Below, piece after piece: positions 13,056-26,658 of a stretch of DNA of 64,000 nucleotides (positions are counted from its first letter, which is position 1; the number at the start of each line of letters is the position of its first letter). Source of the stretch: Octopus vulgaris (taxonomy: Eukaryota); NCBI GenBank assembly GCA_951406725.2, contig OX597815.1:182094001-182158000 (forward strand), read 5' to 3'. The notes under the pieces were generated by a model. That model was not told the origin of the DNA and did not search any database. It saw nothing but the letters and a program-made list of their open reading frames with translations. Made by a program: the position numbers and the translations under genes.

Positions 13056-13479
13056 ATTCTAAAAACAGGATCACCATTACACACTGTCAATCCTTTGTCT
13101 ATTTCACTGCTATGAATATGGTTCTACCTGTCTAAACTCTCTCATTGTCTATCTTAGACTGAACTTACATTAGTTCCAAATATTTCTCATTATGTCTCAT
13201 ATCCCAAACTCTCTGCAAAACAGTAGCTTTTTACAACTACCTTCTATCTTAAAATAATTATGAAATTATAGTATACAGTGCTCAGGTGCACCACAACTTG
13301 TCAGAAAGTGCATATAAAGTACATGCAGTAATGTAGAAATGTCTGGAAAGCAAACAATGTATGAGTCAGATATATGCTTCTCACGAAGAAGCCATTGTAT
13401 GTTCACTTGGCTTGCCAGCAATAGCAGCTATACTCCCATCAAATCATACTCTATTATCTTTAAAAACGAGGGATGTAAA

Positions 13480-13840
13480 GGTGCAGGCATGGCCTTGTGG
13501 TAAGAAGTTTGCTTCCAAATCCATGCATCCAGGTTCAGTCCCACTGCATGGTACCTTGGGTAAGTGTCTTCTACTATAGCCTTGGGTTGACCAAAGCCTT
13601 GTGAGAGGATTTGGTAGACAGAAACTAAAAGAAGCCTGCATATATATGTGTGTGTGTGTGTGTGCATGTCTTTCTGTCTGCATTTGTCCTCCATTTGTCC
13701 TCCACCAATGCTTGACAACCTGTGTTGGTGTGTTTATGTCCCTGTAAGAAAAAAGTACCAAGATCAATAAATTCAACTAAAATTCCTCAAGGTGCTGCCC
13801 CAGCATGGCCACAGTCTAATGACTGAAACAAGTAAAAGAT
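13480..13840 (+). mobile_element. SINE family A
   Basis: Head ggtgcaggcatggccttgtggtaag through tail gactgaaacaagtaaaaga. Confidence 0.85.
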
Positions 13841-14533
13841 AACACAGAGAAGATATAAAGATAATGTAGTGTTCGATCCATTAGGTTAAAATAAAAACTG
13901 TATGGTCATGGCTGGAATGTCTTTGATTATAGGTGAACTCAAAGAGCACTGACTTAATGCCAAACAACAACAGCCTTGTACACACATTCACTAACCTGCA
14001 ATAATGCAATTTGCCATTAACTGTATTAATCTTCCAATTGAAAATTGGCACCACATCAATTCACATGGAGTTCATAGTGATCGTGGTAGTAGTATTTTTA
14101 ATGTAGCAATTTCGTTGTAAAAAAAAGATAAATGCAGTCGGAAAGTTTTCATCTATGATTGAGTATTGTAAAAAGTCGTTTGGTTATGTACATGATATAT
14201 CACTTTGTGTATTCTGCCAAAATTTATTTCAAATATACCAACGGATACAGAACAAACCATTATGTAATATGTTTTGTACATGATATATTATTTTTCTTTT
14301 CCTGTCAATATCCATTTCAAATGTACCAATAGATAAATTATTGTTACGTAATATAGTTTGATGATTTAAAAATAAATAAATACAAGTTCATTTTATACAT
14401 ATGGCAAGAATTTTGATACAGCTATAAATCAGCTAAAGATCAAGTCTAAAAGCTACTTTCAATTTGCACTTAGCATTATTTCTCTTATATTATTAAGTTA
14501 CTCCATCCAGGAGTAGAACTCAGCACCGTATGT

Positions 14534-15020
14534 TTAACCATTTTGCTACTGTATTTTTTTTTTTTGAGATGCTCTGTGTTTCTTTCAATTAATTTTGAAT
14601 ATAACAAAGAATTTAGTAAAATAACTTAGTTATCATTAAGCTAGTGTTAGGAACATAAATTGTGACTAAGGTATGGTGGTAGATTTTAATTCCAATCATA
14701 TGAAAACAAGACATTTGTTCTACAAAGCCAGAGCTGGTTTCAGGCAGGTTGGTATCAAAAGGGTTAAGAATTGTTTCTCTAATATATATTCTAACCCTTT
14801 TGTTACCATATTTCTGTTGCGATGCTCTGTTTTGTCTTTCAATTACTTTAAATATAATGAAGAATTTAGTAAAATAACTTGGTTATCATTAAGCTAGTGT
14901 TAGGAACATAAATTGTGACTAAAGTTTGGTAGAAGATTTTAATTCAGAACTTATGAAAACAAGACATTAGTACTGCAGAGCCAGAGGCAGTTTCAGGTGG
15001 GTTGGTAACGAAAGGGCTAA
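14534..15020. mobile_element. Two tandem copies of a ~230-bp TTAA/CCCTTT..AAAGGG MITE
   Basis: 14534-14766 and 14791-15020 are direct repeats. An inverted partial copy lies at ~22290-22466. Confidence 0.7.
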
Positions 15021-15700
15021 AAGACATTTCAGTGTTTATGTTACTACTTATTATGTTGAGTTATTCAACGGTATAGTATCTGCATACAAGAATCATTTGG
15101 ACTGCAAGAAATAGCAGCCAAATCTCTCTGAAATAACACTCTTAGAATAGAAACTTTTCAACAATGAAGTCTAGAATTCCCTGATTTGAGAAAAAGACAA
15201 GATTTCAAGGATGGACAGTCACAGATCATGATGTGCTCAGGTTGAGTATGATACAAAAAAAGCAATAACTAGGAACAAAAAAACTTTTCTAAATCATCAT
15301 CATCATCATTTAACGTCCATTTTCCATGATGGCATGGTTTGGACGGATTGACTGCAGTCTGGAGAGCCAGTGGCTGCACCAGGCTCCAATCTGATCTGGC
15401 AAGTTTTCTAGAGCTGGATGCCCTTCCTAACGCCAACCACTCCGAGAGTGTAGTGGTTGCTATTTATATGCCATCAGCACAGGAGCCAGTCAGGCGGGCC
15501 TGGCATCAACTATTCATTTAGATAATACATGCTATCATCCCTATATGAGTTATTTTAATTAAGGATAAATTGTTGGTTTACTACAGAGGATTCTTGCACA
15601 TATATTATTTAGAGCTTCCTTGAAAAGCCATTAAGAGTTGAGCGATTCAACCTTGAACACACTGCACTAACAATAACAGACATTGTATCTCTTAATCCTT

Positions 15701-15986
15701 ACATTATTTATATTATTTACATTATTTACATTTGACAGATATTTGTCCTCATCTTGTTTGTTGTTAACACAACATTTTGGCTGATATACCCCCAGGCTTT
15801 ATCAGGTGTCTTGGGGAAATTTCAAAACCGGGTTCTCATTCCTAAGGTATTTTTCTATGTTATTATTATTATCATTATTGTTATTATTATTATTATTACA
15901 GCCTGGAATTGAACTCGGAATGTTGGGGTTAGTAGCCTGCATTGTTAACCACTACACCATATGTTTGTGGACATATAATAATACTG

Positions 15987-16050
<64 letters not shown>

Positions 16051-16280
16051 TAATAATAACAATAATAACAATATTAATAATAATAATAATAATAATAATA
16101 ACAACATTGAAAAATACCTTAGGAATGAGAACCCAGGTTCGAAATTTCCCCAAGACACCTGATGAAGGCTGGAGAGTACATTAGCCGAAATGTTGTGTTA
16201 ACAACAAACAAGATGAGGACAAATATCCATCAAATGTAAATAATGTACATAATTCCTCATCTCTTGAATATAGAACTGTA
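15701..16280. mobile_element. Family D palindrome, copy 2
   Basis: Left arm (minus: tail + head) and right arm (plus: tail) are long inverted repeats around (AAT)n. Confidence 0.9.
16154..16199 (+). ncRNA. Minimal type I hammerhead ribozyme (family D)
   Basis: GACAC-CTGATGA-A-GGCTG(gagagtacat)TAGCC-GAAA-TG-TT-GTGTT. Confidence 0.75.
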
Positions 16281-16394
16281 TTATCTTAATACTCTGTAAA
16301 TATCTTCTCTCTTTATACTTTGGAAAATAGGTATCTATCATACTTCACATTTCCAGTAACAGTTGTCTGTATTGCCTGCAAAAATATACTTTGT

Positions 16395-16766
16395 AGCTTG
16401 CTTACCAATCACATGATCCCGAGTTCAGTCCCACTGCATGGCACCTTGGGCAAGTGCCTTCTACTATAGCTTCGGGCCGACCAAAGCCTTGTGAGTGGAT
16501 TTGGAAGAAGGAAACTGGAAGAAGCCCATTGTATATGTATATATATATGTTTATCTTTGTGTGTCTGTGCTTGTCCCCTCCCCAACATCGCTTACAACCG
16601 ATGCTGGTGTGTTTACATCCCCATAACTTAGCAGTTCGGTGAAAGAGAATGATAGAATAAGTACTAGGCTCACAAGGAATAAGCTCTGGAATCGATTTGC
16701 TCAACTAAAGGCGGTGCTCCAGCATGGCCACAGTCAAATGACTGAAACAAGTAAAAGAGTAAAAAA
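16395..16766 (+). mobile_element. SINE family A
   Basis: Consensus match including the tail. Confidence 0.9.
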
Positions 16767-16928
16767 AGTTAGCCACAGATGAAATATTCAAGTCATTAAC
16801 AAATTATTGTAAAACTAATAATACAAAGTTAATTTACACAGATTTTACAAAGTTAATGAATTATAACCATTGTAATATAGTAATATTTGACACTGATCAC
16901 AATGATGATGGTTGTGGTGGCAGTGGTG

Positions 16929-16960
<32 letters not shown>

Positions 16961-17618
16961 GGCGGTGGTGGTGGTGATGGTTGTGGCGGTGGTGGTGGTG
17001 GTGGGGGGGTGGTGAGATAAGTCTCACAATTCTACTTTGCTTCCTTTTTTTCTTTGTTTTTCTTTAATCTGTTCCTAAGAATAATGGATGTGAAATATAA
17101 TCAAAATCAATACGAGGAAAACAAATTACTGAAGTTTGATTCCACTTGAAATCAAGAATAACCTTTAGCAATCTATTCAGATATTAAATATTTTTCAAAT
17201 ATAAGTAACTGGCTAATGGAGAAAAACAAAATGAAAAACACGCAAGTGATTCTATTTGAATTATCCAAACTGATTTGAAGTACAGGAATTTATGTAGGAT
17301 TACTTTGTTTACCAATAGGAAAGTGAGGCTGGAAATTATTACCCTAGGAAATAGATTGTGTTATATAAGAAATCTTATTAACATTTTAGAAGAGTCTTTT
17401 ATATTTCTAATATAAATTTGTCAGCATTAAATATATTACCTCATGGCAAAAATCACACAATATAGAGCTTACTTTAATTGAATAAATAGGTGTTAATGTT
17501 GTGTATATATATATAAATCTCATAAATAGGTGTTCATGTAGGTGTTAATGTTGAGACAAGATTATCTCCTGTTTTGTCTTAACAAATCAGAGATGGATCA
17601 TGTTATAAGCATCCCACC

Positions 17619-18243
17619 TTAACAAATATATAACAAATATTATAACAAATATAGTAACAAATATAATAACAAATATATTACAAATATTATAACAAATATA
17701 ATAACAAATTTAGTAACAAATATATAACAAATGTGATTATAATATATAATAACAAATATAATAACAAATATATAACAAATATTATAACAAATATATAACA
17801 AATATTATAACAAATATATAACAAATATTATAACAAATATAATAACAAATATAATAAATATATAACAAATATAATAACAAATATATTACAAATATTATAA
17901 CAAATATAATAACAAATATAATAATAAATATATAACAAATATAATAACAAATATAATAACAAATATAATAACAAATATAATAACAAATATAATAACAAAT
18001 ATATAACAAATATTATAACAAATATATATCAAATATAACAAATATAACAAGTATAATAAATATTTAACAAATATAATAACAAATATATAACAAATATAAT
18101 AATAATATATAATAACAAATATAATAACAAATATATAACAAATATAATAATAATATATAATAACAAATATAATAACAAATATATAACAAATATTATAACA
18201 AATATATAACGAATATGTAGCAAATTTCTTAACAAATATATAA
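17619..18243. repeat. AT-rich minisatellite (AACAAATATAAT and variants)
   Basis: 10-13-nt units, bracketed by a ~90-bp direct repeat (~17520-17618 / ~18247-18334). Confidence 0.9.
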
Positions 18244-18699
18244 TCCTCATAAATAGGTGTTAATGTTGAGACAAGATTCTCTCCTGTTTTGTCTTAACAA
18301 ATCAGAGATGAATGAGATTATGAGCATCCCACCTACATTTTTGTGAAGCAGGAATGTGATGTCGATGGCCATCCGTTCTTGCTGATACCATATAAATATC
18401 AAATTACTTTGTCATTAAACCGAATTTTCTATAATTTTACTTTTTATAATGACATGGGAAATTTTCCACAGGTAATTTTGGCTTGCAGGAACATGTAGTT
18501 AACAAAATGTAGGGACCCCCACCACCACAACATTTAATCAATAACTCTTACAACTGCAATGACACAAAATATAATTAGCGTCAATGATAGTTCTTGTCGA
18601 AGAAATACAAGGTTGAGAAATTCCAAAATACAAATTGATTAAAAATTGAACAGTTCCATGCAAAAAGGTTTGGTTCACATATCTATCTTCTACCTTTCA

Positions 18700-19183
18700 T
18701 TTTTTTAGTCATTGGATTGCGGCCATGCTGGAGCAGCACTTATAAGAATTTTAGTTGAATGAATCAACCCCGGTACTTATTCTTTTAAAATCAGGTACTT
18801 ATTCTCACCAAGTTATGGGGATGTAAACACTCCAACACTGGTTGTCAAGTGGTGGCAGAAGACATACACACACACACGCATGCACATGCACGCAGTCACA
18901 CACTGTCACAGATACACATACACAGACTCAGTCACACACACACACACACACAAAATCACACACTGTCACAGATACACACACAGCCTCACACACACACACA
19001 CAGAGTTACAGTCACACACACATGCGGTTTATCATTCAATTTCCATCCACCAAATCCATAGCTGAGGCTTTGGTCAGCCTGAAGCTAATAAGAAGACACT
19101 TGTCCAAGGTGTCATACAGTGGGACTGAACTCAGGACATGTGGTTGTGAAGCAAGCTTCGTGCCACACTGCCACACCTGTGCC
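18700..19183 (-). mobile_element. SINE family A (diverged)
   Basis: Consensus match with an expanded CA tract. Confidence 0.8.
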
Positions 19184-19364
19184 TATTTAGTAATTAAACT
19201 GATTTTTGGCTTATCTCAATGTAAGGATGTATTAAAAAGAATATAAGTTCAGAATTAAAACTATTACTGATCAGGTAATTCAAAAACGATAATATTGGAA
19301 TATTTTCATGGATTGTTTATCCAAATAGAATATATAAGTGAGTCTGTGGTAACATGTTCAATTT

Positions 19365-19745
19365 AGTACGTAAAAAGCACCATTCGAGCATGATCGTTAC
19401 CTGTGTCGCCTTACTAGCACTTGTGCTGGTGGCACAGGAAAAAACATTCAAGCAAGGTCATTGCCAGTGCCACTGGACTGGCTCCTGTGCAGGTGGCACA
19501 TAAAAAGCACCATTTGAGTGTGGCTGTTGCCAGTACTGCCAGACTGGCCCTCATGCCGGTGGCACTTTAAAAGCATCCACTACATTCTCAGAGTGGTTGG
19601 CATTAGGAAGGGCATCTAGCTGTAGAAACTCTGCCAGATCAGATTGGAGCCTGGTGCAGCCATCTGGTTCTCCAGACCTCAGTCAAATCATCCAACCCAC
19701 GCTAGCATGGAAAGCAGACGTTAAACGATGATGATGATGATGATG
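19365..19745 (+). mobile_element. Family C copy
   Basis: Consensus tail with (GAT)n. Confidence 0.85.
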
Positions 19746-19906
19746 AAAATTCATTAGTTTTAAGCAGGTCTATTAATTCTATAATTGTTGTATTTCTTTA
19801 TTTGTACAACATGTTATATGGGTCAGCAGGTTGTGTGAAACTACAACGGGTTAAATAAACAACAAAACCTGTCAAAGTGAGAAAGCAAAGTCAATGACCT
19901 GATATA

Positions 19907-20729
19907 CACAGACATGCAGGAAGTAAATAGACACCTTTAATTTTCAAAATCTTTTATTTGATATTAATTGGTTGAAGGAGAGGTTTTCTTCAAGCTGCTC
20001 GTCCATAATACCTATTTCTTTACTACCCACATGGGGCTAAACACAGAGGGGACAAACAAGGACAGACACACAGATTAAGTCGATTATATCGACCCCAATG
20101 CATAACTGGTACTTATTTAATCGACCTTGAAAGGATGAAAGGCAAAGTCGACCTCGGCAGAATTTGAACTCAGAACATAGCAGCAGACGAAATACCGCTC
20201 AGCATTTCGCCCGGCGTGCTAACATTTCTGCCAGCTCGCCGCCTTGTCCATAATAACCGAGCTTATGCAGATATGTAACATACATTCCTGGACTAACTTC
20301 TAGCTGTTTTGCAAAGTCAGAAGCCTTCGAACAGGGTTCATTTTCCACAATTTTCTTCAAACAGCGAAGCTTCCTTTCCAAGGGCCCAGGTCAGCATGGA
20401 CAAGAATCTGTTGATTCTTTTCCTTGGCTTTTGAATTGCACTATAATTCTATTAACAGTAGTACAAGGAATTTGAAGATTTTGGGCAATTTTTCGCTGGC
20501 TAAGACCAGCCTCAGATTGCCCAACAATATGACCTCTTTCAAAATCTGACAGTTCTGCTGAATTTTTTGTGTGTGGCATGGTTACTCTTCGCAAATGTTT
20601 AATATAATGGCCCCTGGAATCAAAAAGAATAATTACACTGTAAATTCTACACTGCTGAAAACATATTAAGACGCTAAGATCAGAAATTTTGAAAATTAAA
20701 GGTGTCTATTTACTTCCTGTATGACTGTG
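19907..20729 (-). mobile_element. Internally deleted Tc1-like transposon
   Basis: TA flanks and ~44-bp TIRs (cacagacatgcaggaagtaaatagacacctttaattttcaaaat). Minus ORF pieces [12 protein letters not shown]...[21 protein letters not shown] (Tc1 HTH) and LHKLGYYG/RAA.RKPLL. No DDE domain. Confidence 0.9.
20011..20245 (-). mobile_element. SINE family B monomer inserted in the Tc1 element
   Basis: TSD gtccataata at 20001-20010 / 20246-20255. Confidence 0.9.
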
Positions 20730-21027
20730 TATATGGAGAGAAAGTAACAGGTGCTATATATTTACCTGTCTATTGAAACACTTTAATGAGGATGTAAGCA
20801 AACTATTTATAATACATGATCTGTTGGGAGACTGAGATAATCTGGATTCATTTTTCCATCAAATCTGAAAAAAATCCTCTCATATTTAGGACTTTAAATA
20901 TACCAGCAATGCAGCACATAATTTATGTGATGTTGAACTATTCTAGATGTTATGGGGTTTACTGAAATAAGACCCAAAAATTGTGATGGACATATGAGAC
21001 CCTATGAGCATACATTCATCATCATTA

Positions 21028-21286
21028 CTATATTTAAGAGATGAGGAATTATTTACATTATTTACATTTGACGGATACTTGTCCTCATCTTGTTCATTGT
21101 TAACACAACGTTTCAGCTGATATACCCTCCAGCCTTCATCACGAGTATATGGCGTAGTGGTTAAGAGTGTGGGCTACTAACCACAAGATTCTGAGTTTGA
21201 TTCCAGGCAGTGACCTGAATAATAATAATAATAATAATAACAACAACAACAACAACAATAATAATAATAATAATAATGATAAAAAT

Positions 21287-21369
<83 letters not shown>

Positions 21370-21379
21370 GTAAAATAAT

Positions 21380-21415
<36 letters not shown>

Positions 21416-21565
21416 GAAGAAGAAGAATACCTTAGGAATGAGAACCCAAATTCAAAATTTCCCCAAGACACCTGAAGAAGGCTGGAGAGTAAATCAGCTG
21501 AAACGTTGTGTTAACAACAAACAAGATGAGGACAAATATCCTTCTAATGTAAATAATGTGCATAA
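21028..21565. mobile_element. Family D palindrome, copy 3
   Basis: Short inverted tail arm (21028-21141), then a complete plus-strand unit: head tatggcgtagtggttaag...gagtttgattcc, (AAT)n, tail. Confidence 0.9.
21467..21512 (+). ncRNA. Minimal type I hammerhead ribozyme (family D, best-preserved copy)
   Basis: GACAC-CTGAAGA-A-GGCTG(gagagtaaat)CAGCT-GAAA-CG-TT-GTGTT, with palindromic AACGTT stem III. Confidence 0.8.
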
Positions 21566-22614
21566 TATTCATCATCATTATCATTTGATATCTGTCTTCC
21601 ATACATGCATGGGTAGGACGGTTGACAGGAGCCAGACAGGTAGGGAAACTACCCTAGGCTACTGTGTCTGTTTTGGCAGGGGTTTTACAGTTGGATGCTC
21701 TTTCTAACACCATCCACCCCACAGAATGGACTCAATGCTTTTTACATGGCACTAACACAGGTGAAGTTAGTTTTGGTTTCATATTGAGAAAGCATTAGGA
21801 AGGGCACCTAGCTGTAGAAACTCTGCCAGTTTAGATTGAAGCCTGGTGCAGCCATCTGGTTCGCCAGTCCTCAGTCAAATCGTCCAACCCATGCTAGCAT
21901 GGAAAGTGGACATTAAATGATGATGATGATGATGATGAAAGCAATCGTAGAAAGAGGATAAGTTTCAGGGTAAATGAAATATTTAATGCACTATAAGACT
22001 TGCTGCTAACCCATGCATCTTAATGATGAAAATATATGATCTAATTAGTAATTACAATGATAAGAAAAACCCCTTCAAAATCTGGAGAGAAAATGCAGTT
22101 GGTGAACATAACTATATAAGCAATGATAAAGACACTTTAATAAGGACAATCAAAATTAAGCCGAAAGACAAAATGCAAGATTAAATTATATTTAAAAAAC
22201 TTCAAGGATGCAAACATAACAGCAAAATTAAAAATGGAGAAAGGAAAAAAAAATGATGTCTTCATTTTTGTTATTCTTATATGTTCAACGATTAACAAAA
22301 GCCTAATTCTCTAATTAAAACTTTTCATTAAAATTTTATGTTAATGTTTGTTCCAAACACAAGTTTAATAATGACGAAATTATTTTACTAAAATCTTCAT
22401 TATATTTCTAATTAATTGAAGTGATGGTGGTGCATTTCAACTGGAATATGGTAACGAAAGGGTTAAATAATTAATAATAAAAGCAGACAGAATTCTTGCT
22501 AAAATGAAAATAACGATTCATTGGATAAATAAAGATGTTTCAATCAGAGTTGTGTTGAAAGATGCTTGGAAGAGAACTGATTTGAAGTAGAAACAGCAGA
22601 AATGAATGAGAGAA

Positions 22615-23270
22615 TCATCATCATCATTATCATCATCATCATCATCGTTTAACGTCCGTTTTCCCTGCTGGCATGAGTTGGCAAGCTGGCAGTATCGGTA
22701 GCGCACCGTGCAAAATACTTAGCGGTATTTCATCTGCCACTACATTCTGAGTTCAAATTCCACCGAGGTCAACTTTGCCTTTCATCCTTTCGGGGTCGAT
22801 AAATTAAGTACCAGTTATGCACTGGGGTCAATGTAATTGACTTAATCCGTTTGTCTGTCCTTGTTTGTCCTCTCTATGTTTAGCCCCTTGTGTGTAGTAA
22901 AGAAATAGGTATTTCGTCTGCGGTTACGTTCTGAGTTCAAATTCTGCCGAGGTTGACTTTGCCTTTCATCCTTTTGGGGTCAATAAATTAAGTACCAGTT
23001 TCGCACTGGAGTAGATATAATCCACTTAATCCATTTCTCTGTCCTTGTTTGTCCTCTCTGTGTTTAGCCCCTTGTGGGTAGTAAAGAAATAGGTTTGTCT
23101 GGAGTCTGGGAAGCCAGGAGGCTGCACCAGGCTCCAGTCTGATCTGGCATTGTTTCTACAGCTGGATGCCCTTCCTAACACCAACCACTCCAAGAGTGCG
23201 GTGGGTGCTTTTTACGTGCTAGCAGCACAGGGGCCAGAGGAGCTGGCATCAACCATGATTGGATGGTGCT
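22615..23270. mobile_element. Family C copy (minus) interrupted by a SINE family B dimer (plus, ~22680-23093)
   Basis: The family C tail resumes after the two B units. Confidence 0.8.
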
Positions 23271-23354
23271 TAACCAAGCTATGCTGTATCCAACAGCAAC
23301 TTTAACCAAACCTAACATAGAATTCAAGTTGTCTTGTTAGCTTTTATCTTTTGT

Positions 23355-23735
23355 TGCTCCCTGTTTCAGTTATTAGACTGTGGCCATGCTGGGGCATCAC
23401 CTTCAAGAATTTTTAATTGAGTGAATGAACTCCAGAAATTTTTTTTAAAACCCTGGTACTTATTCTATAGGTTTATGTTGCCAAATTGCTAAGTGTGATG
23501 GATGTAAACCCACCAACAACGGTTGTCAAGCAGCGGTGGAGAACAAATACACAAACACACACACACACACAAATTCGTGATGGGCTTCTTTCAGTTTCCG
23601 CCTACCAAGTCCACACACAGGGCTTTGGTCAGCCCAAGAATATAATATAAGACACTTGCCCAAGGTGACATGCTGTGCGATTGAACCCAAAACGATGTAG
23701 TTGGGAGGCAAGCTTCTTACCACACAGCCACTCCT
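23355..23735 (-). mobile_element. SINE family A (diverged)
   Basis: Consensus match. Confidence 0.8.
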
Positions 23736-23884
23736 GTTATGGAAAAATTAAATTAAATGAAATATGTAATACAAAGTTTGTACATAATACATACAGCTCA
23801 TGCAAAGTTAACGAACTATAAATATTGTCACATTGCATAGAGATAAGAATGAAAATTCTAATGACTTGGCAGCCGCTGCTGCTG

Positions 23885-23909
23885 CTGATAATGATGATGG
23901 TGATGATGG

Positions 23910-23964
<55 letters not shown>

Positions 23965-24055
23965 GGTGGTGGTGGTGGTGGTGGTGGTGATGATGATGGT
24001 GATGATGATGATGATGATGATGATGGTGGTGATGATGATGACAATGATGATGACA

Positions 24056-24150
<95 letters not shown>

Positions 24151-24208
24151 GGTGATGGTGATGATGATGGTGATGATGGTGATGATGACAATGATGATGA
24201 TGATGATA

Positions 24209-24289
<81 letters not shown>

Positions 24290-24395
24290 TTGAAGATGAT
24301 GATGGTGACGGTGATGATGATGATGATGATGATGATGGTGATGGTGAGGATAATGATGGTGATGATAGTGATGATGGTGATGCCGATGATGACGA
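23885..24395. repeat. (GAT/GGT)n microsatellite
   Basis: Seen directly; source of the poly-D/M/I ORFs. Confidence 0.95.
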
Positions 24396-25008
24396 TTCTC
24401 ACATGCCTGTTTATGATTAATATTTGCCTTGATTTATTCCCTTCCTTTTTTTCTGTTGACAATCACAAAACAAATTGTTGAAGTTTGATTCCACTTGAAA
24501 AAAACAAACAAGAATAACCTTTAGCAAAATATATTCAGTTATTAAATATTTTTTCAAATAAAAGTAACTGTCAAAATATGAGGAAAGACAAAAAAAAAAA
24601 AACGGGGAACAAAACAAAAACAAAAACTGCAATTCAAGTATCTAAGAAGACTCAAAGTACAGGATCTTATTTAGAAATACTGTACTTACCAATAAAAAAC
24701 TGATGCTTGAAATTACAATTACAGGTTTGTATATGTTGTTATTATGTATAAAATTTTATTAATATTTAAGAGCTTTCTTTATTCTTGTTTAATTTGCTTG
24801 CAGTAAATATATACTGATGTCTAATGGCAAAAACTTTCTTTAATTGAATAATGTATTGAATAATGTATGTAGTTTAATTAAATAATGTATGTGTCACGGT
24901 TGAGACAAGCTTCCCTCCTTTTTTTAATCTCTTAACAAATCAGAGACAGGTTAGATTTAAAACATTCTGCCCACATTCTGTGAAACAGAAATTGATGTAG
25001 ATGGTCAT

Positions 25009-25086
<78 letters not shown>

Positions 25087-25511
25087 GGATGATGAGGATG
25101 ATGATGGTGATGATGATAATGATGGTGATGATGGTGATGCTGATGATGACGATTCTCACATGCCTGTTTATGATTAATGTTTCCCTTCCTTTTTGGTACG
25201 TTATAAATATCAAATTCTAATTTCATTGAAACTTTTTTGCCATCATTTCGTTTCTATAATGACATGCAAAATTTTTTTTCTATGGATAATTTCTGCCTGA
25301 AGAGCATGTAGTTAGGTGGAGCCTAGTAAAATTAAGGGACCTCCCCGACCTCCACATAAACACACCTTCAGAAAAATTCATCAGTAACCCTTACAACTGC
25401 AATGGAGTGAAAAATGATTAGCATTTAAAACACTTCTTGTCAAAGAAATATAAGGCAGAAAAATTAAAAATCCAAATTGTTGAAAAATTGAATGGAACCA
25501 GAAGGAAGGTA

Positions 25512-26127
25512 TTCTTTTATTTGTTTCAGTCATTTGACTGTGGCCATGCTGGAGCACTGCGTTTAGTCGAACAAATATCAACCCCCCAGGACTTATTCTT
25601 TGTAAGCCTAGTATTTATTTTATCAGTCTCTTTTGCTGATCTGCTAAGTTACGGGGACGTAAACACACCAACATTTGTTTTCAAGTGATGGTGGGGTAAC
25701 AAACAGACACACAAACACACACACACACACACATTATATGAGTGGTTGTGTGGTAAATAGCTTGCTTACCAGCCACATGGTACGAGGTTCAGTCCCACTG
25801 TGTGGCACCTTGGGCAAGTGTCTTCTGCTATAGCCTCGGGCCAACCAAATCCTTGTGAGTGGATTTGGTAGATGGAAACTGAAAGAAACCCATTGTATAT
25901 ATATGCTTATATATATATATATGTGTGTATGTTTGTGTATCTGTGTTTGTCCCCCGAACATCGCTTGACAACTGATGATGGTGTGTTTATGTCCCTGTAA
26001 CTTAGTGATTCAGCAAAAGAGACTGATAGAATAAGTACTAGGCTTACAAAGAATAAGTCCTGGGGTCGATTTGCTTTACTAAAGGCTGTGCTCCAGCATG
26101 GCCACAGTCAAATGACTGAAACAAGTG
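25512..26127. mobile_element. Inverted pair of SINE family A copies
   Basis: Minus tail half (25512-25732) abuts a full plus copy (25740-26127). Confidence 0.85.
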
Positions 26128-26658
26128 CATTGATAGACGATAGACATTAAATATGGTTTTGTATAAAAGAAGGGAAGATCAATGAGGGTTGTAAGCTTCA
26201 GGGTATAAAATCCCTAAAATCCTTAAAAATGTTTTAGCCTGAAGGCCGTGGCCATGCTGGGGCACCACCGCTGATGGAATATTGGAATATTTAATGTTAA
26301 TGACTTGCTCACTGATTTCCAGTAGAAATTGCACAGTAAACTTGGCAGATAAACAGTATAATGCCTTGATAATACAAATGTTTGATCTAATTAGTAATTA
26401 CAATGATAAAGAACTGGAAATATTCTTGCAAAATCTAAAGAAAATACTGTTAGTGAAACTAGGCAGTGTTCATGAGATTTTAATTATGGTGATCAAGATT
26501 AAGCTGAAATTTTTCAGGAGAAAAATAAAAATACAGGGCAAAAATAAGATTTGGGAAAATTAAAAATCTAAAAATGGAAGAGTAAAATTTACATAAAGGA
26601 GGAAAATTCATATCTTTATTTGTATTAGTTGCATGTGTTGAACATTTACCAAGATGAT

